Shown: positions 52,792-62,880, counted from the first letter of the stretch. The stretch is DNA of 64,000 nucleotides from an uncultured Clostridia bacterium (GCA_947624555.1 CANQKW010000006.1:4206-68205); one strand, 5' to 3'. A program made the numbers and translations. The notes: generated by a model not told the origin, from the letters alone.

Positions 52792-52811
52792 AAAACAAGC
52801 CTCCTTGCAAT

Positions 52812-54188
52812 TTAACTCTCCTCGTCTGTTTCGGGGATAAGACCGCCCATTCTGAGCAGCGTTTCTAAATCTGCACCCTGTGCCATAGCGTCAAGAATAC
52901 GCTGTGCGAGAAGTCTGTCCTCTTCGTCTGATGACGTGTTACGGGTAGCTGTTTCGGTTTTCATTGCGCCTTCGATTGCGCTTTCACTTTCAACCTTTTC
53001 ATTTGAAAGCTCTACGCTTGAAATTCCTGCCGAACTCGGCGCCGAAATACCGGGCGAAACGGGTGTAATTCCTGTCGGGTGAGGATTTGTGATGACCTGG
53101 TCCTCAGGTATCTCTCCTGCGATTTTAAGTACGGTTTCAATGTCCGCACCGCTTTCCAGAGCCTCGATAAGCTTGTAAATAAGCTCTGTTTCAGCGTCAT
53201 CTGCCCTGCCTGCCTGCTGTACAGCCTGTACAGGCTCTGCCTCGTCGACAACGTCAGCGACGTCGTTCTCCACATAATCGGGTGTAATTGCGCCCGTCTG
53301 AAGTACAACATCTTCATCGACTGCTCTTATAACGTCCTGCTGTGCGCTTTCTTCGCTGTCCGCACCGCCGACTGCTCCGCTTTCTGCTGCGTCCTCACTG
53401 TCAACGCCGCCCACTGCGCCGCTTTCTGCTGCGTCCTCACTGTCAACGCCGCCGACTTCGCCGCTTTCGGGTGCATTTTCACCGGGAACAGTACCCTCTG
53501 CGTTTTCCGTGTCGTCAACCACCATAGCGTAGGTCACTTCGGTGATGTCAGAGAGCGCATAAGTCTTTTCATTGATAACAGCCGAAATAACGCCGTCCTT
53601 GACCGTTACAGCCGTGATAAAGCCTTCGTCCTTTGTAATAACGCCGTTTTCTTCTTTGCTTACATAGGCGTACATACCTACCATCGACGCTGCTCTTGCA
53701 ATGCTGTCGCCCAAAGCGTTCTGCATATCCGTTCCGTCGACCGTTTCATCGGTTTTCGTTTCGCTTACTGCGGTCACCTTAGACAAATCAAAGCTTTCTC
53801 CGTCGATTTTTACGGTATAGCTGTTCGTAGACTTGTTAAATGTAACGCTTTCGACAACGCCCGTCTTGCTGATGAGGTTTTTACCGTCCATTTTTGTAGC
53901 GGTAGCTGTTTTTCCGACAAGACTTGACGCATAGGTCGCCATTGAGTAGGTGCTTGCGTCGCGCATATACTGCATCTGGCTGAATGTAGCGAGCTGAGAG
54001 ATAAATTCCGTGTTGGAAGTAGGCTCCAGCGGATCCTGGTTGGTCATTTCCGCAACAAGCAGCTGCATAAACGTCTCGGAATTTACCAGATCTTCCGTAG
54101 CGTCGACATACTTGTCCTTATGCTGCTCGTAGTTCAGCTGCGCCTGCTCTGCCGATGACAAAATACCTGTAGTATTGTTGATTGCCAT
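52812..54188 (-). CDS. flgD: flagellar hook assembly/capping protein FlgD with a long repeat-containing C-terminal extension
   Basis: N-terminal FlgD motif ETFMQLLVAEMTNQDPLEPTSNTEFISQLATFSQMQ plus a beta-domain. About 230 further residues follow (see findings). RBS is AAGGAGGAA. Confidence 0.85.
   Translation of the reverse strand: MAINNTTGILSSAEQAQLNYEQHKDKYVDATEDLVNSETFMQLLVAEMTNQDPLEPTSNTEFISQLATFSQMQYMRDASTYSMATYASSLVGKTATATKMDGKNLISKTGVVESVTFNKSTNSYTVKIDGESFDLSKVTAVSETKTDETVDGTDMQNALGDSIARAASMVGMYAYVSKEENGVITKDEGFITAVTVKDGVISAVINEKTYALSDITEVTYAMVVDDTENAEGTVPGENAPESGEVGGVDSEDAAESGAVGGVDSEDAAESGAVGGADSEESAQQDVIRAVDEDVVLQTGAITPDYVENDVADVVDEAEPVQAVQQAGRADDAETELIYKLIEALESGADIETVLKIAGEIPEDQVITNPHPTGITPVSPGISAPSSAGISSVELSNEKVESESAIEGAMKTETATRNTSSDEEDRLLAQRILDAMAQGADLETLLRMGGLIPETDEES
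53377..53478. repeat. 42-nt tandem repeat inside flgD (2 full copies plus partial flanking copies)
   Basis: The units at 53377-53418 and 53419-53460 are identical over their first 35 nt, and a third starts at 53461. On the minus strand they encode AESGAVGG(V/A)DSE(D/E)A repeats. Confidence 0.9.
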
Positions 54189-54218
54189 TTTTTTCCTCCT
54201 TTTCGTAGATTTTTTGAC

Positions 54219-55745
54219 TTACATTGCTGCGATTATGTCCGCAAAGGACTCTCCGTCCTGCTCGTCGTCATTGTTTTCCGTATTTTCCTGCGAAAAATAG
54301 GGGTTCTTGCTGCTGCCGTTGTAATCCTGAGCGTAAGTCTCCTGCTGTGACTCACGGACCGTCTGCCAGCTTTCGAGCTGTATACCGTTGCTTTTCAGGT
54401 TGGACTGCATAAGCTCGCTGTTCTGTTCGAGAATACGCTGTGTTCTTGCGTTATCAGCCGCAATTGTGACTGAAACTGCTCCGTCCGCCGCCTTAGTCAT
54501 CTTGACGGTAATTCTTCCCAATTCTTCGGGATTAAGCACCAGAGAATACTCCGTCTGCTCCTTATTTTCGGAAATTGCCGTTTCGACCGCCTTTACCGCC
54601 TGTTCAACGATTTCGCTCGGTCTTACGGAGATCTCCTCGCTGCCCCGTCTGAAAACGATTGGGCTTTCCGTCTTGAGCGTATTTTCCGCATTCACGGGAA
54701 CGTTCTGCTGCTCGGAAACGGGCTTTGTTTTTGCGTTTCTCAGCATTTCAAGCTCTTCGCTTGCGGACTTTACTCTGCTTTCCGTATGAGTCTCTTTCAC
54801 TTCGGGGATCTCTTCGGTTTTTGTTTCAATTTTTACCTCATCTTCGGGAACGGTTTTCGTTTCTACTTCCGAAACCTCTCCGTCCGAGATTGCCCTCTGA
54901 AGAGTTTCAAGCTTTTCCGCACCGAGATTTTTCAGCTCTTCGGGAACTTCCTGCTCCGAAAAACTCGTTTCTTCGCCGCTTTTCTGCTGTTCTCCGGCAT
55001 TTTCGTTTGCTCTTACGGGAATTTCAGCCGTTTCATCGCTGAGTTTGAAAACATCTGTTCTGACATTTTCGCTTGTCTGCGGTTTTTCGTCGGACTTAAT
55101 CTCCGTCTTTACCTCAGGCAGAACTGCGCTGCTCTGAACGACCTCTGCTGCCTTCTCAACAACGATTTCTGCTGTTTCCTCAACAACGGGTCCTTCCATA
55201 TCAGCGGTCACTTCGCCTGCCGCCGCCTTTAAAAGCTGAGCAAGCTCTTCCATAATGCTGCTGTCGGGGATCTGCTTTGCAAAATCGTCCTTCAGATCGT
55301 CGTCGTTCGGCTTGAAAAGCTCTGCGCCTATATCGGTTTCGGACGTGCTCTCGTCAAATTCCGCAAGCTCCTTGAGAAATTCCGGTGTAATAAGCTCTGC
55401 CGGGACGCCTTCGAGGTCGATTTCACCCTTGAGTATTTTTGTCATTAGATCCTTCGGATTTTCGGGATAAATTCTTCCCGTTTCCTTGTCGATATAGATA
55501 ACTCCTGCTTTTTCAAGCTCCTCAACGGTGGGTACGTCGAACTTGCCGCTGTCATAAGCCTCTTTCACATCGCTGAACTTCTGCACTTCCTTATCCGCCT
55601 GAGCCAGCATTTCCTCGAACCGAGAACCGCCGTCACGGCTGCCCGCTGCTGCTGCGTCAGCGTTTCTCTGCGCCATAGCGGCGTCCGATACAGCATAGTC
55701 GCTCCTGAGATTTATCGCATTTGCGGTATTCAGATTTACTGCCAT
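54219..55745 (-). CDS. fliK: flagellar hook-length control protein FliK
   Basis: Acidic, low-complexity N-terminal two-thirds and a conserved C-terminal domain (SLVLNPEELGRITVKMT...VTIAADNARTQRILEQN...L). RBS is AAAGGAGGTGA. Confidence 0.8.
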   Translation of the reverse strand: MAVNLNTANAINLRSDYAVSDAAMAQRNADAAAAGSRDGGSRFEEMLAQADKEVQKFSDVKEAYDSGKFDVPTVEELEKAGVIYIDKETGRIYPENPKDLMTKILKGEIDLEGVPAELITPEFLKELAEFDESTSETDIGAELFKPNDDDLKDDFAKQIPDSSIMEELAQLLKAAAGEVTADMEGPVVEETAEIVVEKAAEVVQSSAVLPEVKTEIKSDEKPQTSENVRTDVFKLSDETAEIPVRANENAGEQQKSGEETSFSEQEVPEELKNLGAEKLETLQRAISDGEVSEVETKTVPEDEVKIETKTEEIPEVKETHTESRVKSASEELEMLRNAKTKPVSEQQNVPVNAENTLKTESPIVFRRGSEEISVRPSEIVEQAVKAVETAISENKEQTEYSLVLNPEELGRITVKMTKAADGAVSVTIAADNARTQRILEQNSELMQSNLKSNGIQLESWQTVRESQQETYAQDYNGSSKNPYFSQENTENNDDEQDGESFADIIAAM

Positions 55746-55884
55746 TTTTTCACCTCCTTTACAAGATTTTCAAATATATATCAAGGCAATAGCCGTGATA
55801 CCGTACATCTTACAGTGCAATGCAGACAGAAAACATATCAGATCCGTCCGCAAAAAGCGCCGTATGCCGACTGCAAACCGTCGG

Positions 55885-56337
55885 TTATCCGTTTTCGGAT
55901 TTTCTGACCATATCGCCGTTTACAAATTCCTCAATAAACAGCTCGTTTTCCTTGCCCTCTTTTTCCTTGTATTCTTCAAGCTGTTTTTCTTCGAGCTTTT
56001 CGAGAGTTTTGACGTCTTTTGTCGCCTCAACCACCACCGTAAGTTGCTTTTCGATTTCCTGCTGCTTTAGGATGGCACGCTGCTCGCACTCGTGTATCTC
56101 CTGCTGGAGCATTACTATATAGCGCTTTCTCATACCGATTTCTGCCGCAGGAAGTCCTGCTCCGCTTACAGCGACAAGCTCGTTTGAATAGCTGACCACT
56201 TTTTGGACAAGCTCTTCCCGTTTATCGTTTATTCTTTGCAGATCTCCCCGAAGAGCCGCAAGCGTGTTTTTCTGCCTGTCAAGCTCCTGCTCACGGAAAT
56301 CCATAAGCTTTTGAAGAGTAAACTGGAATTTTTTCAT
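55885..56337 (-). CDS. fliJ: flagellar export chaperone FliJ
   Basis: A 150-aa coiled coil (MKKFQFTLQKLMDFRE...) directly downstream of fliI. Confidence 0.78.
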   Translation of the reverse strand: MKKFQFTLQKLMDFREQELDRQKNTLAALRGDLQRINDKREELVQKVVSYSNELVAVSGAGLPAAEIGMRKRYIVMLQQEIHECEQRAILKQQEIEKQLTVVVEATKDVKTLEKLEEKQLEEYKEKEGKENELFIEEFVNGDMVRKSENG

Positions 56338-56354
56338 CAGGTTCTCCTAACAAA

Positions 56355-57668
56355 CTATTTATCGCTGACCGTATCAATAAGCATTTTTATCGTTTCCTCA
56401 ATAGGAAAGCTGTCTTTTCTCTCCTGCGTAAGGAAACGGTTTATTGCGTCGATTTTGTTTATCGCCTCGTCAAGCTGCGGATTAGTGCCGTGCTTGTATG
56501 CGCCTATGGATATAAGGTCGTAGTTGTTGTTATACAGCGACAGCAGATTTCGCAGTTTTCCTGCCGCCTCTTTGTGAGCAGGAGTCGCTATCTCGTCCAT
56601 AAGTCGTGAAACGCTTGGCAGAACGTCGATTGCAGGATAATGGTTTTGTGCGGCTATCTTTCTCGACAGGATAATATGTCCGTCGATTATGCCTCGAACG
56701 GTATCTGCAATCGGCTCGTTCGTGTCGTCGCCCTCGACGAGCACCGTGTATATACCCGTAATCGACCCCTCGGGGAAGTTTCCTGCCCTCTCAAGGAGCT
56801 TTGGCAAAGCGCTGTAGATCGACGGCGTATATCCTCTTGCGATAGGCGGTTCTCCCGTGGCAAGGCCCACCTCACGAAGTGCCATCGCATAACGTGTAAG
56901 CGAGTCCATCATCAGCAAAACGTCCTTGCCCTGTTTCATATAATACTCTGCAATAGCCGTTGCCGTAAGCGGACATTTTGAACGCATCATAGCAGGCTGG
57001 TCTGACGTAGCCACCACCAACACCGAGCGCTCCATACCCTCCTTGCCGAGATCGCGCTCGATAAACTCGCGCACCTCACGACCTCTCTCTCCCACGAGAG
57101 CAATTACATTTATATCGGCTTTTACCTTACGGGCAATCATACCCATAAGCGTGGATTTTCCGACGCCCGAGCCTGCGAAAATGCCCATTCTCTGACCCTT
57201 GCCCATTGTAAGCATTCCGTCTATAGCCTTAACGCCAAGCTCGATTTTCTCGTGAATAGGCGGTCTTGTAAAGGGATTTACGGGTATTCCCGTGATAGAC
57301 ACCTCGTCGGTGTAGTCGATTTCGCCCCTGCCGTCAAGCGCACCGCCCGTTGCGTCGACTATTCGTCCGATAAGACCAGTGCCCGCTTTAACGGTAAGCT
57401 TGTCGCCCGTGTTATCCACGATACTTCCGGGACCTATTCCCTCTATATCCGTGTAAGGCATCAGCAAAATATTGCTCTTGTTGAACCCTACCACTTCCGC
57501 TTTAATGTAGGACGACCTGTCCTTTGAAAATATTCTGCAAACGTCCCCGATATTAGCCGCAGGACCGCTTGCCTCAATGGTCATTCCCACTATCTTCTCG
57601 ATTTTTCCCATATATCGGAAAAATTCGTTCGTTTCAATATCGGAGCGAAACTCCGCCAAATTAAGCAT
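56355..57668 (-). CDS. fliI: flagellum-specific ATPase FliI
   Basis: Walker A GSGVGKST and Walker B LLMMDSLTR. ATG at 57668 (MLNLAEFRSD...) gives a normal N-terminal length; the listed TTG at 57743 has no RBS. Confidence 0.93.
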   Translation of the reverse strand: MLNLAEFRSDIETNEFFRYMGKIEKIVGMTIEASGPAANIGDVCRIFSKDRSSYIKAEVVGFNKSNILLMPYTDIEGIGPGSIVDNTGDKLTVKAGTGLIGRIVDATGGALDGRGEIDYTDEVSITGIPVNPFTRPPIHEKIELGVKAIDGMLTMGKGQRMGIFAGSGVGKSTLMGMIARKVKADINVIALVGERGREVREFIERDLGKEGMERSVLVVATSDQPAMMRSKCPLTATAIAEYYMKQGKDVLLMMDSLTRYAMALREVGLATGEPPIARGYTPSIYSALPKLLERAGNFPEGSITGIYTVLVEGDDTNEPIADTVRGIIDGHIILSRKIAAQNHYPAIDVLPSVSRLMDEIATPAHKEAAGKLRNLLSLYNNNYDLISIGAYKHGTNPQLDEAINKIDAINRFLTQERKDSFPIEETIKMLIDTVSDK

Positions 57669-57692
57669 AAAAAATCCCTTGCTCTGATTTAT

Positions 57693-57719
57693 ATATCGGC
57701 ACGCTGCGTACAAACTTAA
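57693..57719 (-). promoter_or_regulatory. sigma-28-like promoter element upstream of fliI (tentative)
   Basis: Minus strand reads TTAA, 15 nt, then GCCGATAT, against the Bacillus SigD consensus TAAA-N15-GCCGATAT. The spacer overlaps a 7-bp inverted repeat, CGCTGCG/CGCAGCG. Confidence 0.3.
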
Positions 57720-57786
57720 GAGCGCAGCGATAACGGTCTGCAATCGGCGTTATACAGCGACAGCTTTTTAAATTCTGCCGTTTTAA

Positions 57787-58746
57787 TTATCCGTTATCAT
57801 TGTCAGCGTTTTCCGCAGTCTTTTTTCGTCTTGAAGAAGGCTTATTCTTCGCATCTCCCCGGAATTTTCCGTCGCCCAGCTCTTTTATCATATTGAGCTG
57901 CGTCATAATACCTGCGTCGGTTATTTCCTCGCCGTTATCTATTATAATAGTACCCGGCTCTGCGTCTGCGAGAAGTTCTATTTCGATATGAGCAGTGCCT
58001 CCGCAAAGCCCTTTCAGGTATTCATAATCGCCCGAAAGCTCTGTCGATGCGTCATTTGCGTCAAGCGTTATCCTGATAAGCTGCGAATTTCTGAATTCCT
58101 TTGCCGCCGCTTTTATAAGCTTTTTTGCCGCTGTCCCGTCCTTGACGGACATACTGTTCATCGTCACCTTATTGGCGATTTGCATAACGGTTTCGTAGAT
58201 TTCCTTCTCATACCTTTCAAAAAGCTCGGCTTTTTCCGCATTTATCCTGTCCGAGTAATCTCTTACCTCGTCAATAACGTTCTGGCTCTCTTTAAGGACC
58301 AAGGCAGCGCCGTCCTTTTTGCCCTGTTCAAAGCCCTCTGCCCGTGCTTTTATGAAAACATCGTCACGCTTTTTCTCTGCGTCACCGACAATCGCCCGGG
58401 CCTCGGCGTTTGCGCTGTTCAAAATTCCGTCCGCACGCCGCTTTGCCTCGACGATCACCTGCTTACCCTGTTCTATGTACTGTTCTCTCAGGCTTGCAAG
58501 CTCTTTTCTACGCTGCTCCAGCTCGGCTGCGGCTGCCTTAAGCTCTTCCTCACGCTGTTCGAGCAGTTCCTCCGCAGTAACCTTGGGAGTTTCGGGAACG
58601 GCATTGTCCTGCTTTTGCTGAACGTTATCCGTTTTCTGCTCTGATGAAACCTCGTTTTCGGGGATTTTTCCCCTTCCGATGCTCAGCGTATTTGATATAT
58701 CGACGCCGCCGCTGTAACGGAGCGAATTATATTTATAGATTGACAA
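57787..58746 (-). CDS. fliH: flagellar assembly protein FliH
   Basis: A charged coiled-coil centre (EELLEQREEELKAAAAELEQRRKEL) and a FliH-type C-terminal domain. It lies between fliG and fliI. TTG start follows GGGGGAGAGGG. Confidence 0.78.
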   Translation of the reverse strand: MSIYKYNSLRYSGGVDISNTLSIGRGKIPENEVSSEQKTDNVQQKQDNAVPETPKVTAEELLEQREEELKAAAAELEQRRKELASLREQYIEQGKQVIVEAKRRADGILNSANAEARAIVGDAEKKRDDVFIKARAEGFEQGKKDGAALVLKESQNVIDEVRDYSDRINAEKAELFERYEKEIYETVMQIANKVTMNSMSVKDGTAAKKLIKAAAKEFRNSQLIRITLDANDASTELSGDYEYLKGLCGGTAHIEIELLADAEPGTIIIDNGEEITDAGIMTQLNMIKELGDGKFRGDAKNKPSSRRKKTAENADNDNG

Positions 58747-58841
58747 AAACCCTCTCCCCCGTTACTTGAAAGTATACAGCACACAGCGAAAGCATCGCAT
58801 ATACGAATTTGCCGCCAAATTTTCCCGTTTCAGCTTACAAT

Positions 58842-59870
58842 TTATGCGATGATTTCGTCGCCGCCGCCTCTTGTAATGGTGATTGCACCCTCCTGCTCAA
58901 GGCGTCTGATTATGCCGACAATTCTCTGCTGAGCCTCGTCAACGTCACGCATACGGACATTGTGCAGATATTCGATATCCGCCTGGAGATTTTCTCTCGC
59001 ACGGCTGGAAACGTTTGCGAAGATGCACTCTGCGACCTCCTGCGTCGAACCCTTGATAGCAACCGCAAGGTCTTTGGAGTCCACCTGCTTGACAAACTCC
59101 TGAATATCCTTCGAGTCCAGACGAACGATATCCTCGAACACGAACATCTTCTGCTTGATAAGGTCTGCAAGTTTCTGGTCTCTTGCAGACAGTTCGTCGA
59201 AGATGTATTTTTCCGTTGCTCTGTCGACGTTGTTCATAACCTCCGCAACATAGCTTATACCGCCGACTTCCATTGACTCGGACGACGCAAGCGTTGCGAA
59301 TTTCTTTTCAAGAGAGCTTTCGATCGCCTTAACCACCTCAGGCGACGCTCTGTCCATATTTGCTATTCTCTCAACGACCTCCACACGCTTTTCCTTGGGC
59401 AATTCCGACAAAATTGCCGACGCCTGGTCTGTTCTTGCGTAGGAAAGAATAAGCGCAATAGTCTGCGGATGCTCGTTCTGAACGATAGCAAGCAGGTTTT
59501 TATAGTCTGCTTTTCTCACGAAGTCGAACGACTTTGTTTCAAGCTGTTTGGTAATACGGCTTAACAGTGCGTCGGCAGCCTCTGCGCCGAACGCTTTTTC
59601 GAGGACGTTTCTTGCATAGTCGATACCGCCCTCGGTCACGACTTTTTGGGTAAGGCACAGCTCGTAAAACTCGTTAAGGACCTCTTCAACGGTATCCATT
59701 GAATGAAATTCCATTCTTGCAAGTTCCACGGAGATAGCCTCTACCTCTTCGTCGGACAAATGCTTATATATTGACGACGCATTTTCAGCGCCCATTGACG
59801 CCAGAACCAGCGCAATCTTTTTTGCGGGCGTAAGTGCGCCTTCAGTGGCTTGTTTTGCTGCAGCCGGCAT
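58842..59870 (-). CDS. fliG: flagellar motor switch protein FliG
   Basis: Carries the MFVFEDI motif and a charged C-terminal torque helix region. 342 aa. Confidence 0.93.
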   Translation of the reverse strand: MPAAAKQATEGALTPAKKIALVLASMGAENASSIYKHLSDEEVEAISVELARMEFHSMDTVEEVLNEFYELCLTQKVVTEGGIDYARNVLEKAFGAEAADALLSRITKQLETKSFDFVRKADYKNLLAIVQNEHPQTIALILSYARTDQASAILSELPKEKRVEVVERIANMDRASPEVVKAIESSLEKKFATLASSESMEVGGISYVAEVMNNVDRATEKYIFDELSARDQKLADLIKQKMFVFEDIVRLDSKDIQEFVKQVDSKDLAVAIKGSTQEVAECIFANVSSRARENLQADIEYLHNVRMRDVDEAQQRIVGIIRRLEQEGAITITRGGGDEIIA

Positions 59871-59908
59871 ATTATCACTCTCCCATTTTAATTTCGGACA
59901 TACCGTAA

Positions 59909-61576
59909 TTAAGTTTCATCACGCAGCATATTCCTGATGATCGACGCCACGATTTCGGGGTTTGTCTTTGCGAACTCTGAAATCTCACGCTTGAGTATAG
60001 TTTCACGGGAGTCTTTTCCTGCCTCTTCCGTAAGACTTGCGATATTAAAGTCAACCTCCTGCGGAGATTCTCCCTCAAATCCTGCCGACAGATTGTAACC
60101 GCCCTCTGCGGCAGCCGCCTGAGCTGCTGCGATAGCCTGTTCCTGTCTGCGGCGGATTTTGCGCTTGCGGCTCTTGCTTACGAAGAGCGAAATGATAAGC
60201 AGCAATACCAGCAAAACGCCAAGACCTATTACCACGAACAGCATTGTATTTCTGAACGTGTCCACAGGACGTGTCACAATTCCGTTAAGACCGTCGCCGA
60301 CCGTTGTGCCGCCGCTCGGAGAAATTGCAAACGCCTCGTTATGTACAGCGACGTTTTCAATGTCCGTTCCTGCTGCCTTTGCGACCCAGTCACGTATCTG
60401 ATCTCTTTCTGCCTCTGTGAGATTTGTACGGTCGATAGCTACTCCGACAGACAGTCTGTCGATGCTGTAGCCGTCGCTTTCTATGGTTGTCTTGATATTT
60501 GTGACGTCGTACTGCGTGTCGTGTCTGCCGTAGTAGTAATTTTCACCGTCCACAAGACCTTCTATCGTGGGATAATCGGGCGAAGTGTCTGCGTTAGGCG
60601 TAACGCCGATTACGTCCTCTACATTTTCAAGGTTATCCGCAGCGACGATCTCCTGTTCACTGTCAATTACGCCGGCATTTGTGCCCGTAACGGGTACATA
60701 CTCTGTCGATTCCGTCTTTTTCTTGTCATAATTAAGCACCGCAGTAACGTTTATCGCATAGCCGTCCCTGCCGTAAACTCTTTCCAGCATACCGTCAAGG
60801 TTATTGAGGATAAGCTGCTGATATTCGTTCTGGAACTGAAGGCGCTTTCTTGCAACGGGAACGCCCGAGGCGTCTTTTTGTCCGTTCAGCTCTTCCTCCT
60901 CGGATATCCACGAATACGAACGTCCCAGCGTATCGGTAACGGAAATATTATCGATCGTAAGATTTTCCACGCTTGTTTCGACAAGCCTGAAAATAGCTCT
61001 TACCTCTGCGTTTGTAAGCTCGTCGTCCGTTCTCAGTTTAAGCAGAACGGAGCAGCGAGGCACTTCGTTTGTTTCGGTGATAACGTAATCTCTTGTCTTG
61101 GGAATATCGAGATTTACCGTAACGGACGCAACAGGGTCAAGCTGTTTCAGAGTAGCGGCGATATTTGCCTCGCGCTGCTGTCTTGCGACCTCACGTTTGT
61201 CGGAATCCGTGCTCCACAGGTCTATTCCGTCGTTCCATATATCGTAATTCTTTGCATTTTTGGGGTATCCCTGTACAGAGAGCTGCATACGCAGCGAATC
61301 CACCTGGTCTGCGGGAACGACAATATCTCCGTTGTCACGGATAGTGACGTCCGTGACGCCCAGACCGTTTATTGCGGTGACTACCTCTGTCACTTCCGAA
61401 TTGGAAAGACCCGAAAACAGCACGCCTCTGTCCTTATGATTAAGCAGAACCGCAAGGATAATTATTATCGCTATTATCGCAATAGGAATAGCGATCACCA
61501 TTATTTTTATTGCTTTTGAAAAGCCGGTCCATTTTTCCTTTATCTTGACCGTGACTTTTTTTATTTTCTCGTTCAT
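59909..61576 (-). CDS. fliF: flagellar MS-ring protein FliF
   Basis: A 555-aa protein with an N-terminal TM segment, a YscJ/FliF periplasmic domain, a second TM segment, and a charged C-terminus. Confidence 0.92.
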   Translation of the reverse strand: MNEKIKKVTVKIKEKWTGFSKAIKIMVIAIPIAIIAIIIILAVLLNHKDRGVLFSGLSNSEVTEVVTAINGLGVTDVTIRDNGDIVVPADQVDSLRMQLSVQGYPKNAKNYDIWNDGIDLWSTDSDKREVARQQREANIAATLKQLDPVASVTVNLDIPKTRDYVITETNEVPRCSVLLKLRTDDELTNAEVRAIFRLVETSVENLTIDNISVTDTLGRSYSWISEEEELNGQKDASGVPVARKRLQFQNEYQQLILNNLDGMLERVYGRDGYAINVTAVLNYDKKKTESTEYVPVTGTNAGVIDSEQEIVAADNLENVEDVIGVTPNADTSPDYPTIEGLVDGENYYYGRHDTQYDVTNIKTTIESDGYSIDRLSVGVAIDRTNLTEAERDQIRDWVAKAAGTDIENVAVHNEAFAISPSGGTTVGDGLNGIVTRPVDTFRNTMLFVVIGLGVLLVLLLIISLFVSKSRKRKIRRRQEQAIAAAQAAAAEGGYNLSAGFEGESPQEVDFNIASLTEEAGKDSRETILKREISEFAKTNPEIVASIIRNMLRDET

Positions 61577-61620
61577 TTTTTGAAAAGACCCCTTGAAATA
61601 ATCAGGATTTTGCTACAAAA

Positions 61621-61965
61621 TCAAATCTGCATATTTATAATGGAATTATATGCGCTGAGAGTCTCGTTTTTAACCGTCACGAGAAGGTCAACCGCAATAA
61701 GCGACTTTTCAATGTTCGCCTGCATTTCGGCGACATTGTCCATATTTCCCAGCGCAAGGTCGAGAGCGTCCCTGTCGACCTGTTCGTTGGTTTCAACAAC
61801 GTTATCGACAAGTCCTCTGAAAATATCGAGGAAAGAAACGTTCTCCGTATCGATTATGGGAAGTTCCTTTGCGTCCATAGGGAGCATTTTTTCCATTCTT
61901 TCAAACCTTCCCATAGGTTCGAGCGAAGCTGTTCCGAATAACGGACTGATTGTATATACTGCCAT
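61621..61965 (-). CDS. fliE: flagellar hook-basal body complex protein FliE
   Basis: The C-terminus ...VTVKNETLSAYNSIINMQI matches the FliE pattern. Positioned between flgC and fliF. Confidence 0.8.
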   Translation of the reverse strand: MAVYTISPLFGTASLEPMGRFERMEKMLPMDAKELPIIDTENVSFLDIFRGLVDNVVETNEQVDRDALDLALGNMDNVAEMQANIEKSLIAVDLLVTVKNETLSAYNSIINMQI

Positions 61966-62037
61966 CTTTAATACCTCATCAAATATAAACTATGCATATT
62001 TTCTCCCGAAAAATGCCCTTTTCAAGACCTGCCGCTA

Positions 62038-62502
62038 TCAACTCTTGCCTATATTAAGGGACGCAGAAATCATAGCCTTCATCAGGTCGAAAATTTCCTT
62101 GTTTGCGTTAAAGCTGTTTACGGCAGCGATAGCGTCCGTCTGCTCCACAACGTCGTCAACGTTTGTTTCGTATATGTAGCCGTACTCGTCCGCAAGGGGA
62201 TTGTCTGGGCTGTAAACAGGCGTCGGCGGAGTAGGGTCATCAACGACGCGCGTCGCCTCGACACCTCTGAGCTGGATGTAATTAAATCTATTGAGATCAA
62301 GCTCTCCGCTCTGAAGATTGGCACGGAGCATAGACTTAAACGTCCTGTCCTCTCCGAAAACCGTCATCTTGCGCTTGTACACATCTTCGGGACGTGTGGC
62401 GTAATCATCCGCATTGGCGATATTCTGCGAAATGATGTCAAATCTGAACCTCTGTGCGGTCATACCCGACAGCGGTATGTTAAGCGAACTCAAAAAAGCC
62501 AT
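62038..62502 (-). CDS. flgC: flagellar basal-body rod protein FlgC
   Basis: N-terminus LSGMTAQRFRFDIISQNIANA and a conserved C-terminal helix. Confidence 0.9.
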   Translation of the reverse strand: MAFLSSLNIPLSGMTAQRFRFDIISQNIANADDYATRPEDVYKRKMTVFGEDRTFKSMLRANLQSGELDLNRFNYIQLRGVEATRVVDDPTPPTPVYSPDNPLADEYGYIYETNVDDVVEQTDAIAAVNSFNANKEIFDLMKAMISASLNIGKS

Positions 62503-62514
62503 AATTTACTCCTT

Positions 62515-62880
62515 TTACTTCGTCACAATAGCGCTTCTCATACGAGAGAAATTTCCGTTCATCTGATTGATAAGAGCGTCAAGCCAGTAAGCCGTTCTTG
62601 CAGCTTCTGCGCTCTGTACGTCCATATCGACGTTGTTTCCGTCCGCCTGGTCGTTGGTGTACGTGTCAACGATAAGGCGCTGCTGAATATTCAGCTCTTT
62701 TTTGATCGTGCCGTCGGCACGCAGCTTATCGCTTAAAACCCCTTCAAAATCAAGATATTTGCAGTTATATCCGGGAGTATCCTGATTTGAGATATTCTGC
62801 GAGATGATCTGCTGTTTTGTCCACATAACGGTCATTCCCTGCTCGATAATGCGGAAAGCCGTAGTATCAAATAAAGCCAT
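62515..62880 (-). CDS. flgB: flagellar basal-body rod protein FlgB
   Basis: Contains QQIISQNISNQDTPGY. ATG at 62880 lies 7 nt after ACGGGG; the listed TTG at 62886 is too close to that RBS. Confidence 0.9.
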   Translation of the reverse strand: MALFDTTAFRIIEQGMTVMWTKQQIISQNISNQDTPGYNCKYLDFEGVLSDKLRADGTIKKELNIQQRLIVDTYTNDQADGNNVDMDVQSAEAARTAYWLDALINQMNGNFSRMRSAIVTK

